From Terriglobia bacterium (GTDB lineage: Bacteria; Acidobacteriota; Terriglobia; 2-12-FULL-54-10), in the NCBI GenBank assembly GCA_963666975.2, contig CAXVYR010000004.1, forward strand, positions 608,001 to 672,000: DNA of 64,000 nt, given 5' to 3'. Shown piece by piece: positions 21,668-31,610 of the stretch. Each line of letters begins with the position of its first letter. Position 1 is the stretch's first letter. Under the pieces are notes generated by a model. That model was not told the DNA's origin. It searched no databases and saw only the letters and a program-made list of their open reading frames with translations. The position numbers were made by a program, and so were the translations under genes.

Positions 21668-22714
21668 ATGAAGACTCCGGGATGGATTCTGGCAATCGTT
21701 CTGGCGCTGGGAGCGCTGACCGCAGGCCTCTGGCTGCTGCGGGGGCAGCCCGTGACAGCGCAAAAGCAGCCAGCTCGCTCGGCGGTCGACGCCGTGCAGA
21801 ACCAGCACGCGCGGCATTTGCCGCCTACAAAAGGTAGCGGGCTCTACCAGTACCAATCCCCTGCCTCGCGAAGGTTCGACCCCAGCCAAGTCTATGACCC
21901 GACGCCCCCTCCCCCGGGTCCGGCCCCGAACGGGGTGCGCGAGTACACGCTGGTGATCGAGGAGGACGTGCCGCACGAAGTAGCGTCGGGGGTGACGGTG
22001 CCGGCGTGGACGTTTAATCGCACTGTACCCGGGCCAGTGTTGCGCGCGACGGAAGGCGAACTGGTGCGCATCACGTTGGTGAACAAGGGGAAGTTGCCGC
22101 ACACGATTCATTTCCACGGCATTCACCCCGCCAACATGGACGGCGTCTCTGAACTGGTGGCGCCGGGGGAAACTTTTACCTATGAGTTTATCGCACAGCC
22201 CTACGGCATCATGCCCTACCACTGCCACTCCATGCCCACCTCCCAGCACATTCACAACGGTTTGTATGGAATGATGATCTTCGACCCCAAAGAGGGCCGC
22301 CAGCCGATGCGCGAGCTGGCGATGGTGATGAGCGCGTTCGACCTGGACCGCGATGGTGAAGCGGAGTTTTATTCCTGGAACGGCCGGGCTTTTCAGTATG
22401 CTGACAATCCCATTCCTCTCAAACGAGGGGAACCGGTGCGGATGTACGTGATGAACATTTTTGAAGAGGCGATGGTGCCGCATCTGCACGGGAATCTCTA
22501 CCAATTCTATCCTTCCGGCACAACGCTGACACCCACCGAATACACCGACGTCAAGACCCTGAGCATTGCCGAGCGGGGGATTCTGGAATTTCAGTACGAC
22601 TACCCCGGAACCTATATGTTCCAGTGCCACGTCACCGAGCACATGGAGCAAGGCCTGATGGGCTGGTTCAATGTGGTGGAGAATGTAGAAATAGCACAAC
22701 GCCGGGGCGACTAG
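21668..22714 (+). CDS. Two-domain multicopper oxidase-like protein, exported
   Basis: N-terminal hydrophobic segment; PGPVLRATEGE, HTIHFHG, YHCH..H, PHLHG, FQCHVTEH. Confidence 0.88.
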   Translation: MKTPGWILAIVLALGALTAGLWLLRGQPVTAQKQPARSAVDAVQNQHARHLPPTKGSGLYQYQSPASRRFDPSQVYDPTPPPPGPAPNGVREYTLVIEEDVPHEVASGVTVPAWTFNRTVPGPVLRATEGELVRITLVNKGKLPHTIHFHGIHPANMDGVSELVAPGETFTYEFIAQPYGIMPYHCHSMPTSQHIHNGLYGMMIFDPKEGRQPMRELAMVMSAFDLDRDGEAEFYSWNGRAFQYADNPIPLKRGEPVRMYVMNIFEEAMVPHLHGNLYQFYPSGTTLTPTEYTDVKTLSIAERGILEFQYDYPGTYMFQCHVTEHMEQGLMGWFNVVENVEIAQRRGD

Positions 22715-22719
22715 GCAAG

Positions 22720-23931
22720 ATGGCAGAACCAGGAAGCAGTGCCGCCAGAAAGTCGTCGCGCGCGGTCGTCCTCGCCAGCGCGCTCTTGCCCGTCTTATTG
22801 CTGGCTGGAATTCTGTATTCGTTTCTCGTTCGGGGCACGGGACTCAACCTGGCCGCCCCGGCTCCCATTGAAAACTTGGAGTTTGAACGTCTGGTGCTGC
22901 GCCCAGGGGAAATCCGCGCGCATGTGATCAACACCGGACCGGAGCCGGTGACGATTGCACAGGTGCAAGTGGGTTTCTTAAACCGCGCCAGCTGGGAGTT
23001 CGAGGTTACCCCGGACCCCACGATTGCGCGACTGGGCCGGGCAGTGGTGAGCATCCCCTACCCATGGACGCCCGGCGAGCCTTACGAGATTGTTCTCATC
23101 ACCGCCAATAGCCTGATCTTTACCCACGAGATCGAGGTTGCCGCCGAGACGCCCATCGCCGACCCGGCCATGCTGGGCCGCTTCGCCTTGCTAGGCGTCT
23201 ACGTGGGCGTCCTCCCCGTGTTTCTGGGCATTGGCTGGCTGCCGTTTTTGCGGGCGCTCTCACGGCGCTGGCACTTCTTTTTCCTCAGCCTGACAGCGGG
23301 GCTGCTGGTTTTCCTCGGTGTGGACGCGCTCGAAGAGGCGCTGGAGAACGCCGGGCAAGTTCCCGGGCCTTATCAGGGTGTGGCAGTGATCCTGATCGGA
23401 GTGAGCTTGAGCCTGGCCGGGCTTTACGCCGTAACGGGTTGGCTGAAGCAACGGCAGCCGTCAGCAGAGTTGGGCGCCGGTTTGTTGCTGGCCTACACCA
23501 TTGCCTTCGGTATCGGCGTGCACAACCTGGGCGAAGGGTTAGCGATTGGTGGGGCCTACGCCCTGGGCGCTGTGCCCACGGGCACAATGCTGGTTCTCGG
23601 ATTCACACTGCACAACCTGACCGAGGGTGTGGCTGTGGTGGCGCCCGTGATGCGGACCCATTTCCGCTGGTCACACCTGTTCTGGCTCGGGTTGCTGGCT
23701 GGCGCGCCCACCATTGCCGGCACGCTGCTGGGCGCATTCGCCTACACGGCGCTATGGGCCGTGCTCTTTCTGGCCGTAGGCGCCGGAGCAGTGTTCCAGG
23801 TGGTCATCGAAATCACCCGCCACCAGGTGCAGCAGGGCGGCGCCGCTTCGCTAGTCAGCGGCTTCAGCCTGGCCGGTTTTGCCTTCGGCCTGGCAGTGAT
23901 GTACGTCACCGGCCTCTTCGTGACCGTCTAA
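22720..23931 (+). CDS. ZIP-family metal transporter with an N-terminal extracytoplasmic domain
   Basis: GIGVHNLGEGLAIG and HNLTEG metal-site helices; multiple TM helices; start at MAEPG just after the oxidase stop. Confidence 0.88.
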   Translation: MAEPGSSAARKSSRAVVLASALLPVLLLAGILYSFLVRGTGLNLAAPAPIENLEFERLVLRPGEIRAHVINTGPEPVTIAQVQVGFLNRASWEFEVTPDPTIARLGRAVVSIPYPWTPGEPYEIVLITANSLIFTHEIEVAAETPIADPAMLGRFALLGVYVGVLPVFLGIGWLPFLRALSRRWHFFFLSLTAGLLVFLGVDALEEALENAGQVPGPYQGVAVILIGVSLSLAGLYAVTGWLKQRQPSAELGAGLLLAYTIAFGIGVHNLGEGLAIGGAYALGAVPTGTMLVLGFTLHNLTEGVAVVAPVMRTHFRWSHLFWLGLLAGAPTIAGTLLGAFAYTALWAVLFLAVGAGAVFQVVIEITRHQVQQGGAASLVSGFSLAGFAFGLAVMYVTGLFVTV

Positions 23932-23976
23932 CCTGGCGGTTGTCTCTTGGTTCGTGGACGTTTCAGCCAGCAAGCA

Positions 23977-24138
23977 CTAACTGAAATATCGCACGGTGGT
24001 CGCTACCAGAAACGTCACCAGAAAGGCAAAACCGAGGGGCATCAATGCCCCGATCATCGTCCACTTGCGGCTGCGGGTTTCTTTCCAGATCGTCAGGATG
24101 GTGGTGGCACAGGGGCTGTGCAGCAACGAGAACAGCAT
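23977..24138 (-). pseudogene. feoB: C-terminal remnant of a FeoB-like ferrous iron transporter
   Basis: Hand translation [27 protein letters not shown]... matches the FeoB C-terminal PC..T....KE...KW pattern; in-frame stop 10 codons upstream. Confidence 0.65.
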
Positions 24139-24222
24139 CAGGCTGGAAAAATATTTGTATCTAAGTTAACATTATAATTTGATCTATCTAAAGATCATAT
24201 CCCCTGTCAAGGCGGGTTAAAG

Positions 24223-24882
24223 ATGGCGACGATTGCGTCGGAAAACCTGTTAAAAGCAATCTTGGAATTGAACGAGAACGGGGAAGAGGTGATTGCGGCG
24301 CGCCTGGCCGAGTTTCTCCGGATATCCTCTGCCGCCATCAGCATGGCCCTAAAACGTCTGCAGAAAAAGGGTCACGTGCGAATCTCTGAAAAGCGCTCGG
24401 TTCATTTGACTCCGGAAGGCTTCCGGACCGCCAGCGCCCTGGTGCGACGGCACCGGCTGGTCGAGCGATTGCTGACAGATATTCTCCACATGCCCTGGGA
24501 AAAAGTCCACGACGAGGCGGAAAAACTGGAACATGCCATTTCGCCGAAGTTGGAAAAGCGCCTGCTGGAGCTGTTTGGCGAGAGGGGAACCTGCCCTCAC
24601 GGAAGTCCCTTCACGCCTGCGCTGCCTTCCAAGCGGGGCCCGCGATGCTTCCCTTTGGCCGAAGCCTCGGAGCACACGCGGCTGCGGGTGGTGCGCATTG
24701 CTGAGATGCATGAAAAAGAAAAAGATTTTCTGGATTCTCTGGCGGCAGTTCGGCTGCTTCCCGGCAGCCATCTCACACTCCTGCGCAAGACGTTTGACGG
24801 AGTTTTGGAATTGCGCGTCGGAGACCGCAAGACGGCATTCTCAAACGAATCCGCATCCCGGATCTGGGTGGAAAACGCTTGA
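24223..24882 (+). CDS. DtxR/MntR-family metal-dependent repressor with a FeoA-like C-terminal domain
   Basis: SENLLKAI wHTH, RRHRLVERLL, EAEKLEHAIS, CPHGSP. Confidence 0.92.
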   Translation: MATIASENLLKAILELNENGEEVIAARLAEFLRISSAAISMALKRLQKKGHVRISEKRSVHLTPEGFRTASALVRRHRLVERLLTDILHMPWEKVHDEAEKLEHAISPKLEKRLLELFGERGTCPHGSPFTPALPSKRGPRCFPLAEASEHTRLRVVRIAEMHEKEKDFLDSLAAVRLLPGSHLTLLRKTFDGVLELRVGDRKTAFSNESASRIWVENA

Positions 24883-24916
24883 CGGGCCGCAATTACCAAC
24901 CGGCTGGTGCAAACCC

Positions 24917-26368
24917 CTACAGGAACGGAGCCAGCAGAATGTGAATGACCGCGACCAGAATTGAGAACACGATCGTAGCGACCGCTCCGATCCGAATCAT
25001 GTTCTTCATGTCCACCTCGCCGGTGGCAAAGGCCGTACCCGCTGCCGCGCCCGCCCAAGGCACCATGATCCCCAAAGCCACGTTGGCAATCAGCATGCCG
25101 ATGGAGGCAGGATTAAAACCGATCTCTTGAGCTGCCGGGATCAAGATGTTCCCGAACAACACGGTGGTTGCCGTTCCGGAGATGAAGTTGGTGCTGAGGG
25201 CCACCAGGGGAGCAGAGGCAAACGGCAGGGAATAATATCCCAGGCCCAGCCCACCCACCAAGTTTCTGGCGAAATCTTGAAAGCCGAATTGGCTGAGAGC
25301 GCCGGTGATGGCTACCGCAGCGGTGCACAGGATCATGATCCCCCAAGGGGAGTGCTCCACTGCCTCGCGCCACGTCAAAACAAATTCACCCTTGCTCCAA
25401 TTCACGGGCGTTGAAAACAGAAGCAGCATGATTGTAGGCGGCACGACCCAAATGGAGAGCGCCGTGTCACCCCACTTCGCGAGCGCGTGGTCCGAACCCA
25501 ACGTCAAATCGATGAGAGTCGGCAGCGTAAACAGGAAGATCATGGCCAGGAAGACAAAAAGGGTGCCGCGCTCACCCGGGGTGAGGGGACCCAGCTTCTC
25601 TCGTTCTCCTCGGATAAAATCCTCACCGCCGGGAACTTGAGAAATCTCCGGCTTCAGAAACAGGCGCAGGATGAAATAAAACGCGACGAGCGTTACCAAA
25701 AAGATAGGTATGCCGCCTTTCATCCAGCCGAAAAAGCCGAAATCGCGTCCGGTGAACTTTGTTATCATTTCAACGGCCAGGGCATTGTGAGGAATTCCCA
25801 TGATGGTGGCTGTGCCGCCGGCTACCGCCCCGTACAGGGCCCCTAGCGCCAGGAAGGCTCCGAAATTGCTCTTTTTCGATCTGGAGATTCCCGTGACGGT
25901 CCGGACGAAGGAGACCAGCGATATCCCCACAGGAATCATCATGGCCACCGTAGCGGCGTCGGAAACCCACATGGAAAGGCACCCCGTCACCAGCATGAAA
26001 CCGAATGCCAGGCGATGGGTGCTGCCGTTCACCACTTTCAGAGACAAAAACCATAGAGCAAAGCGCTTGGCCAGCCCGTGGCGGTGCATGGCGTAGCCCA
26101 TCAGAACCGTTCCCATGATCCAGAAGAAGATGTTCTGCCCATAAAGGCTTACAGTGTTGCCGATGCTCATGAGCCCGAAGGCGGGGAACAGCAATAGAGG
26201 CAGCAAAGACGAAATACCCCAGGGGACCGGCTGGGTCATCCACCACATGATCACCCATCCGAAAATTGCCAGCGCCACGCGGAGTTCCGGCGACGGACCT
26301 TCATAGGGAAGGAGGTATAGAACAAGAAATGCGAGAGGGCCTGCGGCGAACTGCAGCAACAGCTTCAT
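24917..26368 (-). CDS. DASS/SLC13-family anion (di/tricarboxylate or sulfate) transporter
   Basis: LSMWVSDAAT, GGTATIMGIPHN, STNFISGTAT hairpin motifs; many TM helices. Confidence 0.85.
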   Translation of the reverse strand: MKLLLQFAAGPLAFLVLYLLPYEGPSPELRVALAIFGWVIMWWMTQPVPWGISSLLPLLLFPAFGLMSIGNTVSLYGQNIFFWIMGTVLMGYAMHRHGLAKRFALWFLSLKVVNGSTHRLAFGFMLVTGCLSMWVSDAATVAMMIPVGISLVSFVRTVTGISRSKKSNFGAFLALGALYGAVAGGTATIMGIPHNALAVEMITKFTGRDFGFFGWMKGGIPIFLVTLVAFYFILRLFLKPEISQVPGGEDFIRGEREKLGPLTPGERGTLFVFLAMIFLFTLPTLIDLTLGSDHALAKWGDTALSIWVVPPTIMLLLFSTPVNWSKGEFVLTWREAVEHSPWGIMILCTAAVAITGALSQFGFQDFARNLVGGLGLGYYSLPFASAPLVALSTNFISGTATTVLFGNILIPAAQEIGFNPASIGMLIANVALGIMVPWAGAAAGTAFATGEVDMKNMIRIGAVATIVFSILVAVIHILLAPFL

Positions 26369-26634
26369 ACAACGCTCCCATCAGGCCTGACGCCGATGGG
26401 TGATCAGCGGCATCCGCCAGGATTCATGATTAAAGATAAGCGAGATGGCGCATTATAGACCGAAAAACGCGGAGAAGAAATGCCTATGCGCAGCGTATCT
26501 GTCCGGTGAGGAAGGCCAGCCTCCGTGTGAGGACACCTCTGCCTTGCCCGAAGGCATATGATAGGGAGAATAGTTTCTTGAAAGTGCCGTAAGCCAGCCA
26601 GTGGGGAGGGAGATCCAAAACCAGCAGCGCTCTG

Positions 26635-28548
26635 CTACTCCCCTCCCGCGTACCGGGATTCGAATACAAAATCCAGTTGGGGCCCGATGGGAGCCCTGCC
26701 CAGTTCCTGGGCAAACTCGCTGCGCAGAACCTGAATCTTGCCGCCGACAATCGTCATGAGTGGATTCGTGTCTTCCAGCTCTTCCACCGGAACGGTGAAA
26801 TAGTCCTTATTGAGCACCAGAATATCGGCGAATTTTCCCGGCTCCAGCGATCCCAGCACGTCTTCCTTGAGAACAAAACGCGCGGGCCAGGAGGTCATCA
26901 TCTTCATCAAAGTGATACGGTCAACGGCTTCTTCCGGGGCCACCAGAGCGCCGTACTCATTTTTCCGGGTCAGAAACGGCACCGCTGCGCCAAAATACGA
27001 GCGGCTGGTATTGCCCCTGACCCCGGCCTCGTTTTCCAAAACTACCATCACCCCGCCCTCGATCGCGCTGCGGACCGGAGCGATCCGGTCGATGTAATCC
27101 ATGGAATATCTCTGCAAGTGGGGATAGCTTCGGCTCAGCACATTCGCCCCGCAACTGATAATCATCCCGAATCGGGCCAGGCGAGGGATTTGCGCCTTGC
27201 GCGGATAGAATCCGCAATGATCCGAGGTCAGCCGCCGGGAACGGATATAATCCAGCGTGATCGCCGGATTGTCGCGCATGGCAGCATCCACGGCGTCCAT
27301 GAAATAATCCACTCCTTTATCCGCATAGGCATGCCCCACGGCCACTCGCTGGTAGTTGGCAATTGCCATTCGGGTGGTTTCGTAGTAAACCGTGCCCTCG
27401 GCATTGTCGCACCATTCCATTTCCTTCACTTCCCCCGGGGCCTCCATGGTGGAACAGAACCGGGGAGGGCCGGAATCGATGCTGGAGAGCCCCACAGCGG
27501 ATTGCCAGAGATAGTCGTTGCCCATGCCGGCCATGTCGCCCATCCGCCGGTAGAAGTTTTCCGCCTCGCCATAGCCGGCCTGGAAACCAAACCAGTGCGT
27601 GTAGGCAAAACGGATCGGCATACGATTTTGCCGGGCCAATAAGTTGAAGGCATCCAGGAAACGCAGGCCCATGATGTGTGACGAGTAGGCGGTAATTCCC
27701 ACGGCGGCGTTTTTCAACAAGCCTTGCTCCACAAGGTCGGCCAGTTGCGGCACCCGCGTATGGAAGTACATATCGATGATCAACGCCCGCCGGTACTGCG
27801 CCGCCGTGCTGCGGACTCTTCCGGACTCATCGAGCCCGGCAGCCCTGGGATCGAATTTGGAGCCGTAGAGCTTTTCCATGCCCCGCATGGCCCCTGTGTT
27901 CATTACGTAGGAGGGATGAGAATAAAGCAGGACCGGGTGGTTCGGGGCCAGTTGGTCCAGCATCTGCATCGTGAACTTTTGCGAAGCCAGATACGCCACG
28001 CCCGGCGCTAATCCCGACCCGCCGCCTCCGGCGGCGCTGACAGTGATAAAGGCCCACCGGCCCGGAGCCGCATTACCGGCATGCTGCTCGACCGCCAGCC
28101 GTATCCCCTGCTCCATCTCCGCGTCCGTGTTGCCGGCTACACTGAATTGTTCCGCCAGTTCATCAATGACCTGGGGATTCTGGCCGACCCAATAGTTCAG
28201 TTCGTTGTTGTGGATATGCGTGTGGGCGTCGACGATGCCGGGCATCACCATCCTGCCGTTCACGTCGATCCGTTCGGTTTCCGGCCCGGCCATGCGCAGA
28301 ATCCGGGCATTGCTTCCCACCGCCTGGATTTTGCCGTCCCGGATCGCCACTGCCTCCGCCGTCGTTCCACGCGATGTGTTCAGGCCAAAGGAGGTGTCGT
28401 CCATCGTAACAACCTTGCCGTTGTGGATCAGCATATCGGGATAGGCCACAATCTCTTCCGGGACGGTAACCGTGTTCTGCGCACTTGCCACCCCGCAGAA
28501 AAGGAAAAAACTGATACAAAAACCCAAGCTAACCCTTAATTTTCCCAT
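26635..28548 (-). CDS. Secreted YtcJ-like amidohydrolase (paralog AH1)
   Basis: Signal peptide ending ASA-Q; NGKVVTMD, PGIVDAHTH, GSLEPGKFAD, TIVGG; start at MGKLRV. Confidence 0.85.
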   Translation of the reverse strand: MGKLRVSLGFCISFFLFCGVASAQNTVTVPEEIVAYPDMLIHNGKVVTMDDTSFGLNTSRGTTAEAVAIRDGKIQAVGSNARILRMAGPETERIDVNGRMVMPGIVDAHTHIHNNELNYWVGQNPQVIDELAEQFSVAGNTDAEMEQGIRLAVEQHAGNAAPGRWAFITVSAAGGGGSGLAPGVAYLASQKFTMQMLDQLAPNHPVLLYSHPSYVMNTGAMRGMEKLYGSKFDPRAAGLDESGRVRSTAAQYRRALIIDMYFHTRVPQLADLVEQGLLKNAAVGITAYSSHIMGLRFLDAFNLLARQNRMPIRFAYTHWFGFQAGYGEAENFYRRMGDMAGMGNDYLWQSAVGLSSIDSGPPRFCSTMEAPGEVKEMEWCDNAEGTVYYETTRMAIANYQRVAVGHAYADKGVDYFMDAVDAAMRDNPAITLDYIRSRRLTSDHCGFYPRKAQIPRLARFGMIISCGANVLSRSYPHLQRYSMDYIDRIAPVRSAIEGGVMVVLENEAGVRGNTSRSYFGAAVPFLTRKNEYGALVAPEEAVDRITLMKMMTSWPARFVLKEDVLGSLEPGKFADILVLNKDYFTVPVEELEDTNPLMTIVGGKIQVLRSEFAQELGRAPIGPQLDFVFESRYAGGE

Positions 28549-28728
28549 TGGAGACGACCCCCTTAGTTTCGCTAAAGTTGCTAGTTTTGAAGTCGATGGT
28601 TTGGCCGCGGCGGCGCGGACCACCGTTCATTTGCATACCGATATCTTATCCTGTAACACGACTCCCCCGGAATGACCAAATTCGGACAACCTGCATGGCA
28701 ATCCGTTCCGGACGGCAATAGAGAGGAT

Positions 28729-29229
28729 TGACCTGCCCCCTTAAAACGGTCCAGTTGGTAAGTTTGAGTATAGGGTTTCGACTGGAGTTGGAAAGGGGGA
28801 AAGAATGCCGAAGAAGCGATACACCGCCGAACAAACCATCCGACATCTACGATAGGCGGAAGTGGAGATGGCTAAGGGCCAGACAACCGGAGAGGTCTGC
28901 CGGAAGTTGGGAATCACGGAGCAGAGTTTCAAGACGAGTTTCTGAATGGAGAGATATTCTACACCTTGCGGGAAGCGAAGGTGTTGATGGAGGGATGGCG
29001 ACGGGAGTATAACAAAGTTCACCCGCACAGCACGTTGGGTTACCGGCCGCCAGCCCCGGAAGCGATCTTGCCGTTACCGCCGGGTTGAAATCGCGTCCGC
29101 CGACAGAGCAAGAGGAATCTTTCTTGAAAGCTCAGGCACAATTCCGTCGGACGCTTACGAAAAAACGAAAAGCCGCCCTTCTTTGTAGACTCTAGATGTT
29201 GCAGCCTAGATAAGTATCGGGGACGGTAC
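28729..29229 (+). mobile_element. Internally deleted IS3-family (IS407-like) element
   Basis: TGACCTGCCCC left end; orfA start MPKKRYTAEQ joined to orfB C-terminus DEFLNGEIFYTLREAKV..WRREYN..PHSTLGYRPP; right end degenerate and approximate. Confidence 0.75.
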
Positions 29230-29234
29230 TAGTA

Positions 29235-31145
29235 TTATTTTAGAACCCATCCATCCGGGATCGGTTCTGGCCACGTGCTCGGGCCAGTCGGTTGCATACC
29301 GGTCTCTCTGGCCAGTGCCGCTCCCAAATGGATCGTCTTGCCCCCAACCACAGTCATCAACACAGCGACATTCGGAATGTCCGCCTCCGGAATCGTCAGG
29401 ACGTCCCGATCCAGCACGAGGAAATCAGCATACGCGCCCGGCACTAACATGCCTAACCGTTTCTCCCGCAGCAAGTAGTATCCGCCCCAGGTCGTCAGCG
29501 CCTTCAATTGGGCAATCCGGTCCGTCCTTTCACCCGCTCCGTACACCAATTTGTCGGCCGGATTGTACCGGGTCATCCCCTGCAAGATGAAGAAAAACAC
29601 CTTGTTCGGTAGCGGCCGGTCAATCTCAAACGAGTTCATGATCCCAGCCTCGTTCAAGCTCTTGCGGGGAACCACCCAGTTTGTGTATTCAATCCCATAT
29701 TGTTGCGCAATCTCCCAGGCTCCTCGGTAGTTCTCCCACAAGATGGTATTGAGCATGCTGACCATCATCCCCAGATTCTTGATGCGAGGAATCTGGCCGG
29801 GCCGGGGGGCACCCGCGCTGTGATCGAATGCATGCCGCATGGCACGAATCTCATCCAGCGTCATCCCAGCTTTCTTGCTTCCTTCTTCAATGGCGGCCAT
29901 GATATTGTCAATCCCTTTGTCCCCCCCTGTATGCATCGTGGCAATGCGGAGGCCGGCTTCGGCGGTCCTCATAAGCCTTCCATAATCATCCGTGCCGGGG
30001 TCATTGCTGCACGTTCCATCTCCTCTTCCTCTGCCTCCACCTCCGGGAGGAGCCCCCAATTTCTCAAGCCAATTGGGTATCTCCGGGACTGTCATGCAGC
30101 CGGGACCAGTAGCGGGGAAAGCTCCCACAAACCACAAGTAGTCTGATCCCATTCCCAGGAAGCCAGACAGATGTCGCAATGTAGCTAATTCCCATGCTCC
30201 CTCTCCAGTTATTTGGTGCTGCCATGAAAAACCAATCCGCGCCGGCATTTCACCATTTCGATCCATAAGGTTCATGGCTTGCAGGTTGGTGTAGGAATAA
30301 GGCGCGGAGCCATACGCCGTGATGCCGTACCTGGCCCACAACTCCAATTCTGCCTTCACGAGTTGCGCCAGCTCGGGCAATTTGCCCTTGAGCAATGCGT
30401 CGGAAGGACTGTTACGGCCCAGCCTGCCCGTTTGCACTTCCCGATCGCTGATGTCTTCAAACACACTGCGATATATTTCCACGCCCTTGGTGTTCATCTG
30501 GCAAGCGCTGGTAAAGCCGTTGCTGATGCAGACCGGGTTGTTGGGAGCCAATATATCCAAATATTCTTTCGTGATAGAATTGTTCCAGATTCTGGTGCTC
30601 ATGGGCCCTCTAAATTCTGCAGCGCGTTCGTAGTCCGGGCCCCAGTTGGGGATCACCCGAATCCATTGCCCCGGTTTCGCCTTGGATACCAACTCCTTCA
30701 TCGTGGTCTCAAACAGACTAAACTGTTCCTTCACCGGCCGGTTCGGCAGCCAGCGTGCGAGAATTTCATTGTCATTCGGGAAAACATGCCGAAAGGCACG
30801 AGGCTCCGTCCACATCCAATCTACCGGGTGCTCGTGGGTCATGATGAAGCTGGGCAACACCGTCCGCCCCCGCAGGTCAATCTGCCGGGTCTGTGGTCCC
30901 GCGAGAGATCGGATTTCCGCGTTGTTTCCTGTCTCAAAAACTTTCCCGTCCCGAATGGCCATTGCTTGCGCGATGGTCCCCACATTCGACGTAAACGAGG
31001 TATCGTCCATGCTGACGATCTTTCCGTTGTAAAGGATCATCTGCGGGTAACTGACCAGCTTCGCGGGTGCATTTACGTTCTGAGCCCACGCCGAAGCCGT
31101 GTACAGAAACACACTCAACATTATAGCCAGCAGCATTCTCTGCAT
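29235..31145 (-). CDS. Secreted YtcJ-like amidohydrolase (paralog AH2)
   Basis: Signal peptide AWA-Q; PSFIMTHEH, MHTGGD, FDH, EIDRP, ADFLVLD, TVVGG. Confidence 0.85.
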   Translation of the reverse strand: MQRMLLAIMLSVFLYTASAWAQNVNAPAKLVSYPQMILYNGKIVSMDDTSFTSNVGTIAQAMAIRDGKVFETGNNAEIRSLAGPQTRQIDLRGRTVLPSFIMTHEHPVDWMWTEPRAFRHVFPNDNEILARWLPNRPVKEQFSLFETTMKELVSKAKPGQWIRVIPNWGPDYERAAEFRGPMSTRIWNNSITKEYLDILAPNNPVCISNGFTSACQMNTKGVEIYRSVFEDISDREVQTGRLGRNSPSDALLKGKLPELAQLVKAELELWARYGITAYGSAPYSYTNLQAMNLMDRNGEMPARIGFSWQHQITGEGAWELATLRHLSGFLGMGSDYLWFVGAFPATGPGCMTVPEIPNWLEKLGAPPGGGGRGRGDGTCSNDPGTDDYGRLMRTAEAGLRIATMHTGGDKGIDNIMAAIEEGSKKAGMTLDEIRAMRHAFDHSAGAPRPGQIPRIKNLGMMVSMLNTILWENYRGAWEIAQQYGIEYTNWVVPRKSLNEAGIMNSFEIDRPLPNKVFFFILQGMTRYNPADKLVYGAGERTDRIAQLKALTTWGGYYLLREKRLGMLVPGAYADFLVLDRDVLTIPEADIPNVAVLMTVVGGKTIHLGAALARETGMQPTGPSTWPEPIPDGWVLK

Positions 31146-31157
31146 TGCGTCCTCCTA

Positions 31158-31610
31158 GTCGGAATTTCCGTTTTGGCTCCCAACAGCCCTATAGTGTACA
31201 CACATGGATGGACTCCAGCGCACTATTTCTTCCTTGGCTGGGTCCCGGGGCTTGAAACAGGGGCCTAGCTGCGCCAACACGAGTCTCGAAACTGTTGACT
31301 GCGGCCTTCACATCCGGTTTTATCGGACACCCCTCTCTCCCTGGTGGCTCGGGATCGATTTTCCGGCTGCCACATCCTCCGCCTACCCGTCCGGCACCGG
31401 CAAGACAGCAATCCTTCGGACCATCACTCCGAAGAGCCGCCGGGTCAGATGACTCTCCGCCAACAAAAGCCAATAATAGCGGGCATGCTTCACCAGCCGT
31501 CCGCCGGTCTTCACCAACCGCTGCTGCAGGCTCGTCAGGGACCAGTTCCCGATTCTTTGCGGCAAAGCCAGTCGCCGCCAAAGGTTGCCCAGGTTATAGG
31601 CAATGCTGGT
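31158..31610 (-). mobile_element. IS1380-family remnant (transposase C-terminus plus terminal end)
   Basis: AYNLGNLWRRL..WSLTSLQQRLVKTGGRLVKHARYYWLLLAESHLTRRLF; end-like gtcggaatttcc near 31158. Confidence 0.75.

Noticed and set aside
21623-22699. 358-aa minus-strand ORF
   Set aside because: Antisense to the multicopper oxidase, which carries clear motifs.
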